In this document: positions 28,058-36,768 of the stretch, piece by piece
How positions within the stretch are numbered: position 1 is the stretch's first letter
Layout: the number at the start of each line of letters is the position of its first letter
NCBI GenBank assembly: GCA_016176335.1
Contig: JACOXI010000003.1
Location: 258,477-322,476, forward strand
Direction: 5' to 3'
DNA length: 64,000 bases
Source: Candidatus Daviesbacteria bacterium
GTDB lineage: Bacteria > Patescibacteriota > Microgenomatia > Daviesbacterales > UBA10151
Translations under genes and position numbers: made by a program
Notes under the pieces: generated by a model
The model's database searches: none
Seen by the model: the letters and a program-made list of their open reading frames with translations, nothing else
What the model was told of the DNA's origin: nothing

Positions 28058-28941
28058 TTAACTTGATGAAATTCAAAGTAGCGTATTTTATTTTTTCGTT
28101 ACTAATTATTATACCGGGTTTATATTATTTGATAACTTTCGGACTAAGACTGGGTGTAGATTTTACCGGTGGTGCCCTATTGGAATATAAATTTGAAAAA
28201 ACTATTGATAAAAATGAATTAAGAAAACAGATTGCTTTATCAGGGATAGAAGTAGGACAAATCATCCAATCTTCAGACGAGACCTATATTATAAGAACAA
28301 AACCTCTGGAACAGGAAAAGATTGGTAATTTAAAATCTGCCCTGACAGAAAAATTTGGTAAATTGGAGGAAAAAAGATCGGAATTTGTAGGCCCTGTTAT
28401 AGGATCAGAACTGAAGCAAAAAGCGGCACTGGCTTTACTGTTGGCATCAGTTGTAATTATTGTATATATTGCTTTTTCTTTTCGTAAGGTACCAAGGCCT
28501 GCTTCTTCCTGGAGGTTTGGTGTTGCTGCAATTGTGGCACTATTGCATGATGTCTTGGCGGTAGTAGGAGTATTTGCCATTTTAGGAAAATTTTTAGGAG
28601 TTGAAGTAGATACTCTCTTTGTGACAGCACTTTTGACTATTATTGGTTTTTCAGTTCATGACACAATTGTGGTATTTGATAGAATCAGAGAGAATTTAAT
28701 CAAAAATATTGGAAAGAAATTTGTAGATATTGCTAACCTTTCTGTTGTTCAGACTATTGGCAGGTCATTGAATACCTCACTGACTGTGGTATTTGTACTG
28801 GTGGCACTACTGCTTTTTGGAGGAGAAACAATTAAGTGGTTTGTGGTGGCGCTTCTGGTGGGAATTATTTCTGGAACTTATTCTTCAATTTTCAACGCCA
28901 CAGCGCTTTTAGTATGGTGGGAGGAAAAACTAGGCCATTAA
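28054..28941 (+). CDS. secF: protein translocase subunit SecF
   Basis: 295 aa with the SecF P1 region (…GVDFTGGALLEY.F…) and the 6-TM SecD/F bundle. Confidence 0.9.
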   Translation: MINLMKFKVAYFIFSLLIIIPGLYYLITFGLRLGVDFTGGALLEYKFEKTIDKNELRKQIALSGIEVGQIIQSSDETYIIRTKPLEQEKIGNLKSALTEKFGKLEEKRSEFVGPVIGSELKQKAALALLLASVVIIVYIAFSFRKVPRPASSWRFGVAAIVALLHDVLAVVGVFAILGKFLGVEVDTLFVTALLTIIGFSVHDTIVVFDRIRENLIKNIGKKFVDIANLSVVQTIGRSLNTSLTVVFVLVALLLFGGETIKWFVVALLVGIISGTYSSIFNATALLVWWEEKLGH

Positions 28942-30344
28942 ACCTGCTTAATTTTACTCAAAAGGTATTTGCGATTATTCTTAGATGAGTCTTCTAATAC
29001 TTCCTCAAAAAGTTTTTGCAGGATTTCTCCTACCTTGGGTCCTGGTTTGATATTTAAAGTTTTCATAACATCATTACCGTTTACTTTTAGATCTGCTATG
29101 GAAAATGGTTTTTTTAACACTTCTTTAATCCTTTGTCTAAACTTTTCCATTCTCCAGGATACTGCTTTTTGAGTACCTCCTCCAAGTCTGTCTCCAATCC
29201 GTACTGCCATCATATCTTCAATATTTTCTACTCCAACATTTTTAATAAATCTTCTGATAGCAGAATCTGTTTGGTTTTCATCGACTGTAAATAAATGCCA
29301 CCTGACAAGTTGATATAATTTATCAGTTTGTTTGTTTGATAAATTAAACCTTTTGGCAATTTTTAAAGCAATCTGACCACCAACTGTATCATGGTTATAA
29401 AAAGTTACATTTCCGTCGTTTTGTGTTGCAACTGTATCAGGTTTTCCAACATCATGAAGCAGGGCAGCCAGTCTGACGAGCGGATCTTTTGATGAACATT
29501 CTTTAAGAGTAAGAAGTGAGTGTTCTCCAATATCATAAATCCTGTCATGTTTTGGGCCCTCTTGTTTTATCCCAAAACACCTTTCTAATTCCGGTAATAT
29601 AACCTGTAATATCCCTACTTCCCTAAGTGTTACTATCCCCATGTATGGATTCACACCACCTAGAATTTTGAAAAGTTCATCTCGAATTCTTTCCCAGGCG
29701 ATTTCTCTTAACAGATGGGCGTTTTTTTTGATGGATTCAAGAGTTTTTTCATCTATACCAAATTCTAATTCTGTGGCAAACCGAACAGCTCTGATTAAAC
29801 GAAGAGCATCTTCCTGAAAGCGAGTGTTGGGGTCCCCAACTGCCTTAATTAGCTGATTTTCAAGGTCATCTTGTCCATGGAATGGGTCAATTAGAATAAA
29901 GCTAAATGCTTGATTCTTACTGCTTAATTCTGCGCGAAGCGCCATGGCATTGACAGTAAAATCACGCCGAGCCAAATCCTCCTCAATTTTATTGGTCCAT
30001 GCTACTTTATCAGGATGTCGGTAATCCTTATATGTGCCTTCCTTTCTCATTGTTGTAATCTCATAGATTTCGGCAGTTGTGGTTGGAATACCTACAGTCC
30101 CGAACTTATTATCATAAAAAGGTTCTCCAAAAGTCGAACCTTTTTGCGAGCTTCGCTCTAAAAATCCTTCTTGGAAAAGTTGTAAAATCTCATCAGGCTT
30201 CGCGTCTGTTGTAAAGTCCCAATCGGAAACAATTTTGTCCATTAAAAGATCACGAACCGCCCCTCCAACAATAAAAATTTGGAAATTAACTTTTTGAAAT
30301 TTATCTAATATATTTTTTATATGACTGGGTATTTTATAAGCCAT
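28938..30344 (-). CDS. cca: CCA-adding tRNA nucleotidyltransferase (class II pol-beta head + HD domain)
   Basis: Head motif FIVGGAVRDLLM…DWDF, downstream RRDFTVNAMA, HD motif LLHDVGK. Confidence 0.85.
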   Translation of the reverse strand: MAYKIPSHIKNILDKFQKVNFQIFIVGGAVRDLLMDKIVSDWDFTTDAKPDEILQLFQEGFLERSSQKGSTFGEPFYDNKFGTVGIPTTTAEIYEITTMRKEGTYKDYRHPDKVAWTNKIEEDLARRDFTVNAMALRAELSSKNQAFSFILIDPFHGQDDLENQLIKAVGDPNTRFQEDALRLIRAVRFATELEFGIDEKTLESIKKNAHLLREIAWERIRDELFKILGGVNPYMGIVTLREVGILQVILPELERCFGIKQEGPKHDRIYDIGEHSLLTLKECSSKDPLVRLAALLHDVGKPDTVATQNDGNVTFYNHDTVGGQIALKIAKRFNLSNKQTDKLYQLVRWHLFTVDENQTDSAIRRFIKNVGVENIEDMMAVRIGDRLGGGTQKAVSWRMEKFRQRIKEVLKKPFSIADLKVNGNDVMKTLNIKPGPKVGEILQKLFEEVLEDSSKNNRKYLLSKIKQV

Positions 30345-30378
30345 GAGGTAATTTTACCCTCTTAGTTGGTATGATACA

Positions 30379-31968
30379 ATGCAGCATGATATGAGATGGA
30401 AAGTAGCAGGTAAACAAAGTGCTGGTCTCATCCAACAACTGCTTCTCAATCGTGGGATTAAAACTAATAAAGAAAAACAAGATTTTTTTAACCCGAATCT
30501 AGCCTCGTATAAAAAGGATCTGGATATTCCCGGAATAGAAAAAGCTCAAAAGAGAATATTTGAGGCAATAAAAAATAACGAGTTGATAATAGTATACGGA
30601 GATTATGATGTGGATGGAATTTGTGGGACTGCTATTTTGTATAAAGGGTTAACCTCACTTGGAGTAAAAGTTTTACCCTACATTCCGCATAGAGAAAAAG
30701 AAGGTTATGGATTATCAAGGATAGGTTTGGAATTTGCTAGGGATTCAGGGGCATCGGTTGTAATAACAGTTGATAACGGAATTGTGGCGATAGATCAGGC
30801 AAAATTGGCAAAAAGTTTAGGATTGGATCTTATTATTACCGATCACCATATCCTCGGAAAAGTTAAACCGGATGCATACGGGATAGTACATTCTACAAAC
30901 ATGTGTGGAGCAGCAGTTGCCTGGTGTCTTATCAATTCACTGATTAAAAAAGAGTTGGCCCAAGAACTTTTGCAGTTTGCAGCAATTGCCACTGTTTGTG
31001 ATCTGCTTCCATTAATGGGCTTGGGTAGAGCATTTGTTTTTGAGGGACTAAAGATTTTAAATCGCACAACCAACTTGGGGTTACTTGCTCTTATTAATGA
31101 ATCTGGTATTAGCTTGGGTAATATCGGCTCATATGAGATAGGTTACATTATTGGACCAAGGCTTAATGCCATGGGCAGGTTAGAACATGCCATAGATTCT
31201 TTACGCTTACTTTGTACTAAGGATCCTGCCAAAGCTTCGAAATTGGCCAAACTTTTATCAGAAACAAATGTCACCCGTCAAAAGATGACAATGGCGGCAA
31301 TTGATGAAGCAAAATCATTAGTGGACGAAAAGAAAAAGATTCATATTTTAAGCAGTAAAGATTGGTCTGCCGGTATTATTGGATTGGTGGCAGGCAGGAT
31401 CACTGAACAATATTTCCGTCCAACAATTGCTATTTCTTTGGGAGAGACAGTTTCCAAAGGTTCTGCCCGTTCGGTAGATGGAATAAATATTGTGGAGGTA
31501 ATCAGAAAACACTCTGATATATTAATTGATGTCGGAGGGCATCCTGGTGCAGCTGGTTTTTCCATCTTGAGTAAACATATAGACATTTTTAAAAAGAGAG
31601 TGGAAAGCGAGGAGATAGCCTTGCCAGAGTCAGAGCAGGTTTTAGCAATTGATGCCAAAGTTCAAACAGAACAATTAAACAAAACTTTAGTGCAGGAGTT
31701 GGAAAAATTTGAGCCGTTCGGTTTTGGCAACCCCAGACCAATTTTGGCAACATATGGAATGAGTATTTCTGATATTAGAATTGTAGGGGGAGGAAAGCAT
31801 TTGAAATGTAAAGCGGATGGGATTGATGCCATTGCTTTTGGAATGGGAGAGCAGGTTAATCTTTTAAGATCCGGCCAAATAGTAGACTTGGCATATAACT
31901 TGGAACTTGATACTTATAATAGCAATGATAAGTTACAATTAAAAGTTAAGGATATAAAAATTATTTAG
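30379..31968 (+). CDS. recJ: single-stranded-DNA-specific exonuclease RecJ
   Basis: DHH motifs (…IIVYGDYDVDGICGTAIL…, …ITDHHIL…) and the DHHA1 domain (…GGHPGAAGF…). 529 aa. Confidence 0.9.
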   Translation: MQHDMRWKVAGKQSAGLIQQLLLNRGIKTNKEKQDFFNPNLASYKKDLDIPGIEKAQKRIFEAIKNNELIIVYGDYDVDGICGTAILYKGLTSLGVKVLPYIPHREKEGYGLSRIGLEFARDSGASVVITVDNGIVAIDQAKLAKSLGLDLIITDHHILGKVKPDAYGIVHSTNMCGAAVAWCLINSLIKKELAQELLQFAAIATVCDLLPLMGLGRAFVFEGLKILNRTTNLGLLALINESGISLGNIGSYEIGYIIGPRLNAMGRLEHAIDSLRLLCTKDPAKASKLAKLLSETNVTRQKMTMAAIDEAKSLVDEKKKIHILSSKDWSAGIIGLVAGRITEQYFRPTIAISLGETVSKGSARSVDGINIVEVIRKHSDILIDVGGHPGAAGFSILSKHIDIFKKRVESEEIALPESEQVLAIDAKVQTEQLNKTLVQELEKFEPFGFGNPRPILATYGMSISDIRIVGGGKHLKCKADGIDAIAFGMGEQVNLLRSGQIVDLAYNLELDTYNSNDKLQLKVKDIKII

Positions 31969-32173
31969 AGCCGTTAGTTCGATCTTCCACAGGCTCATAG
32001 GTTCTTGTAGTTGTATTAAAATACCACTCTTCAGAAACACCAGGGCATTCTCTTGGTCCTACTCCATTCCCAAAAATATTAGTACGAAGAGTTGCTTCTG
32101 GTACCAACCTACGGTCAGGTGTATTTTTAGGGCGATGATATGCTTCTAATCCTCCTCTTACTTCTGTTGTCAT
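31961..32173 (-). CDS. hypothetical 70-aa protein (GC-richer island)
   Basis: Excellent RBS AAAGGAGGAGGAATAAA-ATG. Product MTTEVRGGLEAYHRPKNTPDRRLVPEATLRTNIFGNGVGPRECPGVSEEWYFNTTTRTYEPVEDRTNGSK has no recognisable family. It overlaps the recJ 3' end by 8 nt on the opposite strand. Confidence 0.4.
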   Translation of the reverse strand: MTTEVRGGLEAYHRPKNTPDRRLVPEATLRTNIFGNGVGPRECPGVSEEWYFNTTTRTYEPVEDRTNGSK

Positions 32174-32445
32174 TTTATTCCTCCTCCTTTCCGCACTTGT
32201 CTCAATGAAGAGCGAAGTGACTTTACCCCCCTACTGTAGACAGCACTATCAATAACTCCTGCAGCTAATTGGGTTCTAATTCTATGTATTTTTTCTTCAA
32301 TCTCAGCTAGTGGTGAGGATAATACTTGGTAATGTATGGGTGAACCGTGAGGTGACAACAGACGTCTTCGCCTGCCCCTATCAGCTAATCCTATCGCGCT
32401 TTCTGCTGTTGGATCTTGCCACTCTCTAAAATAACGTTCTTTCAT
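32170..32445 (-). CDS. questionable 91-aa ORF, possibly a structured 5' leader of the 70-aa gene
   Basis: No SD within 5–10 nt of its ATG; a hairpin plus U-run ends 12 nt upstream. Its last codons are simply the RBS of the downstream ORF translated (…RKGGGIK*). Arg-rich low-complexity stretch RGRRRRLLSPHGSP. Confidence 0.2.
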   Translation of the reverse strand: MKERYFREWQDPTAESAIGLADRGRRRRLLSPHGSPIHYQVLSSPLAEIEEKIHRIRTQLAAGVIDSAVYSRGVKSLRSSLRQVRKGGGIK

Positions 32446-32507
32446 ATTTTTTCCATTAAAAAACCTCCCGTTTGGGAGGTCTGATTCCTTTCTATTTTAG
32501 GTTAAAT

Positions 32508-32609
32508 TTACCTAAAAAGACCTCCCCAAAAAGTGGCCAAAATGACCACCAAAATAAGGAGGCCTACAATTAACAAATTTTCTCTTGGTAAACTAATCAC
32601 TTTTGACAT
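32508..32609 (-). CDS. putative 33-aa hydrophobic small peptide (leaderless), followed by a hairpin terminator
   Basis: ATG at 32607–32609 (minus strand) with a -10-like TACTAAAT immediately upstream and no SD. Product MSKVISLPRENLLIVGLLILVVILATFWGGLFR. Hairpin CCTCCCaaacGGGAGG plus T6 (32464–32479) follows. Confidence 0.3.
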   Translation of the reverse strand: MSKVISLPRENLLIVGLLILVVILATFWGGLFR

Positions 32610-32734
32610 ATTTAGTATTGTATCTTGTTTAAGTAAACAATGCAAGTGTCCGCAATATTCCCCATAGAAATTCGAGAATAGCGAGAAAAAGTTGCGTTTT
32701 CGTAAACTTTATATTAAGATTGCATCTTATAATA

Positions 32735-34336
32735 ATGTCTGCAGAACAAGATAAATCATTTTTGGTAATCGGCGGAGCTGATGGTATGGGTAACTGGCTT
32801 GTGCGCCGAGTCTTTGGACAGGTATCAGGAATAAATCGTATCACCCTTCTTGATGTTCGTCCTGTTGATCAAATTCCGAATGCTAGATGGTTAAGCGAGT
32901 TTGGCCAACTCCCTAATCCCATAGATGGTATTCAGGTAGATTATTCTGTCAGTCCTGACAGATTAATCCATGGATGGAGACCAATCGCTACAAATTCTAC
33001 TCCTCCAGAAAGTAGGCTTCCGTTATCTGAATATGATATCGTTATGCTGGGAGTACCTGCAGATCAAATATCTACTGCTGTCGCCAATATTTTTCCGCAA
33101 TTGAAAAGATCCGTCTGGATACTTGATATCTGTTCTGTTAAGCAGAAGCCCATAGAAATTATGCATCAACAAGCTCCGGAGGGAGCTTCTATTATTGGTA
33201 CGCACCCACTTTTTGGGCCAGCTGTACCTGATCTTATAGGGCAGAGGATGGTAATGGTTGAGACTCCCTCAACTAATTCTGATCATTTTAATTGGCTGAC
33301 CCAGCTCTATAGAGATCGTGGTGCTCTGATAGTGCAAGCAGCACCTGATGAGCATGACTATTATATGCAATTTGTACAGGGACTTACACACTTTAGCTTC
33401 TTCCTGTTTGGCGAAGTTTTAAGGCGGGCAATGTACAGAGGCTTTAATTTTGATCGTTCGTTTGATTTCATGACACCCCCATATGCAGCTGTTGCAGGGT
33501 TTCTTGGAAGAATAATTTCAGCTAACCCTAGGGTTTATGCCCAAATTCAGGCTGATCCTACCATGTTGCCTATAAGGGATTTGCTAGTTGAGTCAGCCCG
33601 TTCCTTAGTTTCTAGTTTCAGAGATTCTGATGAAACTGGAATTATTTTGGCAATAGAGGGTATAACTGGTCCTTTTCAAGAGCGTGGAGTTGCAAAAGGC
33701 ATTTCTCTTTCTGCATCTTTTGTAGCAGCAAATCAGGCATACTTTCGTTTGCTACAAGAACGTAAAGTTGAGGAGCGATTAACTGTTGTACAGGTAGTAG
33801 ATCCTATAGATACAGGTAGGGAAAGAGTTTATCATGCAGGACGACTAATTGATTTTGATGGTGAATCTTTAGTGCTTAGAGAACGTACCTCCTTCATAGA
33901 TGGTAAGTTAATCATAGTCTATGGTCAAGAATCCCAACGTGGTGCTGAGCGATTATTAAGAAAATTTGGAATGGGATTACCTAAAGGTAAAGAGATTCGT
34001 ATACACCATAAGAGAGCCCGTGTTTTGTCTGATCCAGAGACTGACCTGTGGAGAAGACTTAACCTATTGCATCATGTATCTGATATCCCAGTTATAACGG
34101 AAGTACCGACGCGATTGGAAGGACTTATAAGAAATATCCCTTTGCTCTGCCCAGATGTTGTCTCCTTAGCAACAAGAACAGTAGAAGAAGCTCGTTGGTT
34201 ACAGCGCTATGGATTAACTAATCAAATTTTGCACCTCACAGTTTATGGAGATAGGAATATGGCAGAAGTCCAAGCACAAGTAATCCAATTACTCTCCGTA
34301 TCAGGACTAAAGCTACATCAGGAGGTTAACAGTTAA
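32735..34336 (+). CDS. prephenate/arogenate dehydrogenase (TyrA) domain fused to a ~240-aa C-terminal domain of unknown function
   Basis: N-terminal Rossmann VIGGADGMGNW, catalytic THPLFGP (the HPMFGP-type TyrA motif) and dimerisation region. The C-terminal 240 aa has no recognisable motif. GC about 45% against about 35% genome background. An alternative start lies at 32720. Confidence 0.65.
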   Translation: MSAEQDKSFLVIGGADGMGNWLVRRVFGQVSGINRITLLDVRPVDQIPNARWLSEFGQLPNPIDGIQVDYSVSPDRLIHGWRPIATNSTPPESRLPLSEYDIVMLGVPADQISTAVANIFPQLKRSVWILDICSVKQKPIEIMHQQAPEGASIIGTHPLFGPAVPDLIGQRMVMVETPSTNSDHFNWLTQLYRDRGALIVQAAPDEHDYYMQFVQGLTHFSFFLFGEVLRRAMYRGFNFDRSFDFMTPPYAAVAGFLGRIISANPRVYAQIQADPTMLPIRDLLVESARSLVSSFRDSDETGIILAIEGITGPFQERGVAKGISLSASFVAANQAYFRLLQERKVEERLTVVQVVDPIDTGRERVYHAGRLIDFDGESLVLRERTSFIDGKLIIVYGQESQRGAERLLRKFGMGLPKGKEIRIHHKRARVLSDPETDLWRRLNLLHHVSDIPVITEVPTRLEGLIRNIPLLCPDVVSLATRTVEEARWLQRYGLTNQILHLTVYGDRNMAEVQAQVIQLLSVSGLKLHQEVNS

Positions 34337-34382
34337 TTATCAGCACCAATGCAGATTGATTTTAAATCTCCTTAATCTCTTC

Positions 34383-35468
34383 TTAAGATAATTTTTCAGA
34401 AATGAGTTGGGCTAATGTTGGTGCTTTTCCTAGCCCTAATTTTGCCCTCCTAAGATTAGCGGTTTCAGTATCGAATTTTATTTGATTTAAATTTGCCACA
34501 ATTTCGGCTATTTCAGTTCTACCAGTATAAGGTCTTAAGTTGCTGACATAGACCTGAAGAGCACTAGGGGTTCTTAAATCTTCAATAGTTGGTTCACCTC
34601 CAAAGCGTTCAGCAATTGGAATTCTTTGATAGGGGGCATGGAGGTGCTTTGCAGAAATAACTGTTCCTATCTCTTTATCTCGAGCAGGTTCCCATCCAAT
34701 ACCTTCAACTTCTTTCATAAGTAGTAAATATCTTAACTCTGAAGCAGGCATAAAGTTAATTCTCCGCTCACCGTTTCTTGCAAAAAGTAGCTCCTCTTGG
34801 CTGTACCCCCATGCAGGTGGATGAGTAAGTAGATATATTAGTGGTCGTTGAGGAACATCTAAGAGATGATCAGTGGTACCATTTCTATTATAGCGTTCTG
34901 CAACTTCTGCCAGACTAGAAGCAATAGTTGGATGAGTAATTTGAATATGCTGTACAATTGGTAACAAATGTTCTTCGGTTTCGCAGGTAATTGGGTTTCC
35001 TGCATCAAGAGTTACTCTTACACCACTTAATTCAGGATAATAAGCATCTTTATACGCCTCAATAAATCCCCTGATTTGTTGTGCATTAGCCATCTGGTTA
35101 TCTATATCTCCGCCATTGGCGTACACATTGCTATGACAAGGACTCATAATTCTAAGAGCAGCAAGGTTTACCTGATTAACCTCACGAAGGCGGCGGGACA
35201 AGCTTAATGCTGTACTTACATAACCAACTACTCTCGCAGGCAAATCAGTAGGACGAGTATTGGGCATGACAATCACGATACTCATTTCTACGGACTGCTG
35301 TCCTTCTCTCCAACCGTGGAGAAAATCTGGAGTTCGAATGTCATGTGAGGCAATGAGGGGAGAATTTATTTTTCCGTCTGAAGGATCAGTCAAAAATCTC
35401 CAACCCATTCTAGTTAGTGCCTCATAATACTGATTCGTCCATGGTTGATTGGCATGTCCTCTTTCCAT
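34383..35468 (-). CDS. hypothetical 361-aa protein (GC-richer island)
   Basis: Long ORF with non-host-like codon usage and no family assignable by eye. Ends 2 nt before the aminotransferase gene on the same strand (operonic). Confidence 0.45.
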   Translation of the reverse strand: MERGHANQPWTNQYYEALTRMGWRFLTDPSDGKINSPLIASHDIRTPDFLHGWREGQQSVEMSIVIVMPNTRPTDLPARVVGYVSTALSLSRRLREVNQVNLAALRIMSPCHSNVYANGGDIDNQMANAQQIRGFIEAYKDAYYPELSGVRVTLDAGNPITCETEEHLLPIVQHIQITHPTIASSLAEVAERYNRNGTTDHLLDVPQRPLIYLLTHPPAWGYSQEELLFARNGERRINFMPASELRYLLLMKEVEGIGWEPARDKEIGTVISAKHLHAPYQRIPIAERFGGEPTIEDLRTPSALQVYVSNLRPYTGRTEIAEIVANLNQIKFDTETANLRRAKLGLGKAPTLAQLISEKLS

Positions 35469-35470
35469 GG

Positions 35471-36586
35471 TCAGTTAATCTCCTTTAAAGAAGTTAAAAA
35501 TTTTTTATTTTTTTCTTCATCAGCGATAGTTATTCTTACAAAACCCATATTTTCAATTCCTTTTGACTTTCTAAAATCAGCAGTGAGAATACCCTTTTTT
35601 AAAAGTTCTTCGTATAAGTCTTTCGTTCTATGTTTCAATAAATAAATATTTGTTTTTGTATCTGCTCCTAACTCTAGATTTTTTAATTTAGAAATTTCTC
35701 TAAAAAGATTTTCCCTTAACCTTCTTGTTTCTAAGGTTGTTCTTTGAATGAATGTTTGATCCATAAGAGCAGCCCCAGCAAGATTGATGATTAGTCCAGA
35801 AGTCATCAGCATAGTATCTCGATAATTCTCAATTACTTCTATCATTTTTGAATGAGCTAAGGCATAACCAAAGCGTAAACCCGCTAATCCATAAGCTTTT
35901 GATAGAGTACGAAGAACAATTAGATTTTCATACTTATGAATTAATTTAATGGCAGATTTTTTATGCTTTGGATCGTAAAATTCAAAAAAAGCTTCGTCTA
36001 CAATAACAAGAGATGGCGAATTTTTTACAATTCTTTCGATTTGTTCTTGTTCATAAACTTCTCCAGTCGGATTGTTGGGATTACAGATCCAAATAATACT
36101 GGCGTTATTTTTGTTAGCTGAGTTGCATATCCTGTCAATCAAGATCGAATCAGGCTTAAAACAATTATTTGCAGGTAAGTTTAGATATATTACCCCACCT
36201 TGCATTAATAGTGAAGCTTCAGAAAATCTATAAAACGAGGGTACAACAATAATACTTTTGCTATTTTTATCCACAATCATTCTTGGTAAATAATCAATGA
36301 TTTCATTGCTACTATTGGCAATAGTTACATTATTCATTGAAAGGTTATATAAAGAGGCAATGATTTTTTTGATTTTGCTATTGCTGGGGTCGGTATAATA
36401 GGCTAGAATTTTTTTATCAATAGCCTTTAAGACGGTTTCAATATTGACACTGCCAAGTAGATTCTCTCCTAAATCAAGTCTAAGGTATTTAGAAAGATCA
36501 TCAAACTTTTGATCCTTAGAGAGATATCCAGTGACTCTAATCTTTAAATATTTATTGGTAATTGTATTTAGTTTCATTTTTTTCAT
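35471..36586 (-). CDS. class I/II pyridoxal-phosphate aminotransferase (HisC/aromatic aminotransferase-like)
   Basis: PLP-lysine motif LRTLSKAYGLAGLRFGY, N.NNPTG and DEAF motifs. 371 aa. Confidence 0.75.
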   Translation of the reverse strand: MKKMKLNTITNKYLKIRVTGYLSKDQKFDDLSKYLRLDLGENLLGSVNIETVLKAIDKKILAYYTDPSNSKIKKIIASLYNLSMNNVTIANSSNEIIDYLPRMIVDKNSKSIIVVPSFYRFSEASLLMQGGVIYLNLPANNCFKPDSILIDRICNSANKNNASIIWICNPNNPTGEVYEQEQIERIVKNSPSLVIVDEAFFEFYDPKHKKSAIKLIHKYENLIVLRTLSKAYGLAGLRFGYALAHSKMIEVIENYRDTMLMTSGLIINLAGAALMDQTFIQRTTLETRRLRENLFREISKLKNLELGADTKTNIYLLKHRTKDLYEELLKKGILTADFRKSKGIENMGFVRITIADEEKNKKFLTSLKEIN

Positions 36587-36712
36587 TAAAAAACCTCCGA
36601 CACAAAACGGAGGTTAGTCTATTTAGCTGATTTTTATTTCACAAAAACCAACCTCCGTTTTAAGCGAAGGTAAAGAAAAAGCCAACAGCCTTTCTTTGTA
36701 GTTTTTGCACAG
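36587..36712 (-). promoter_or_regulatory. 5' leader of the aminotransferase gene with mutually exclusive antiterminator/terminator hairpins that sequester the SD
   Basis: Minus-strand transcript: …AACGGAGGTTggttttt…(antiterminator partner)…AACCTCCGttttgtgtCGGAGGTTTTTTA-ATG. The terminator stem CCTCCG/CGGAGG (36594–36613) contains the GGAGG SD 8 nt before the ATG. A -35 TTGACA/-10-like promoter lies at about 36718–36747. Confidence 0.45.
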
Positions 36713-36768
36713 AGAGTACTTTATCATAAGAATTCAAGCCTTGTCAAGTTCTTTCACAAACTGATATT

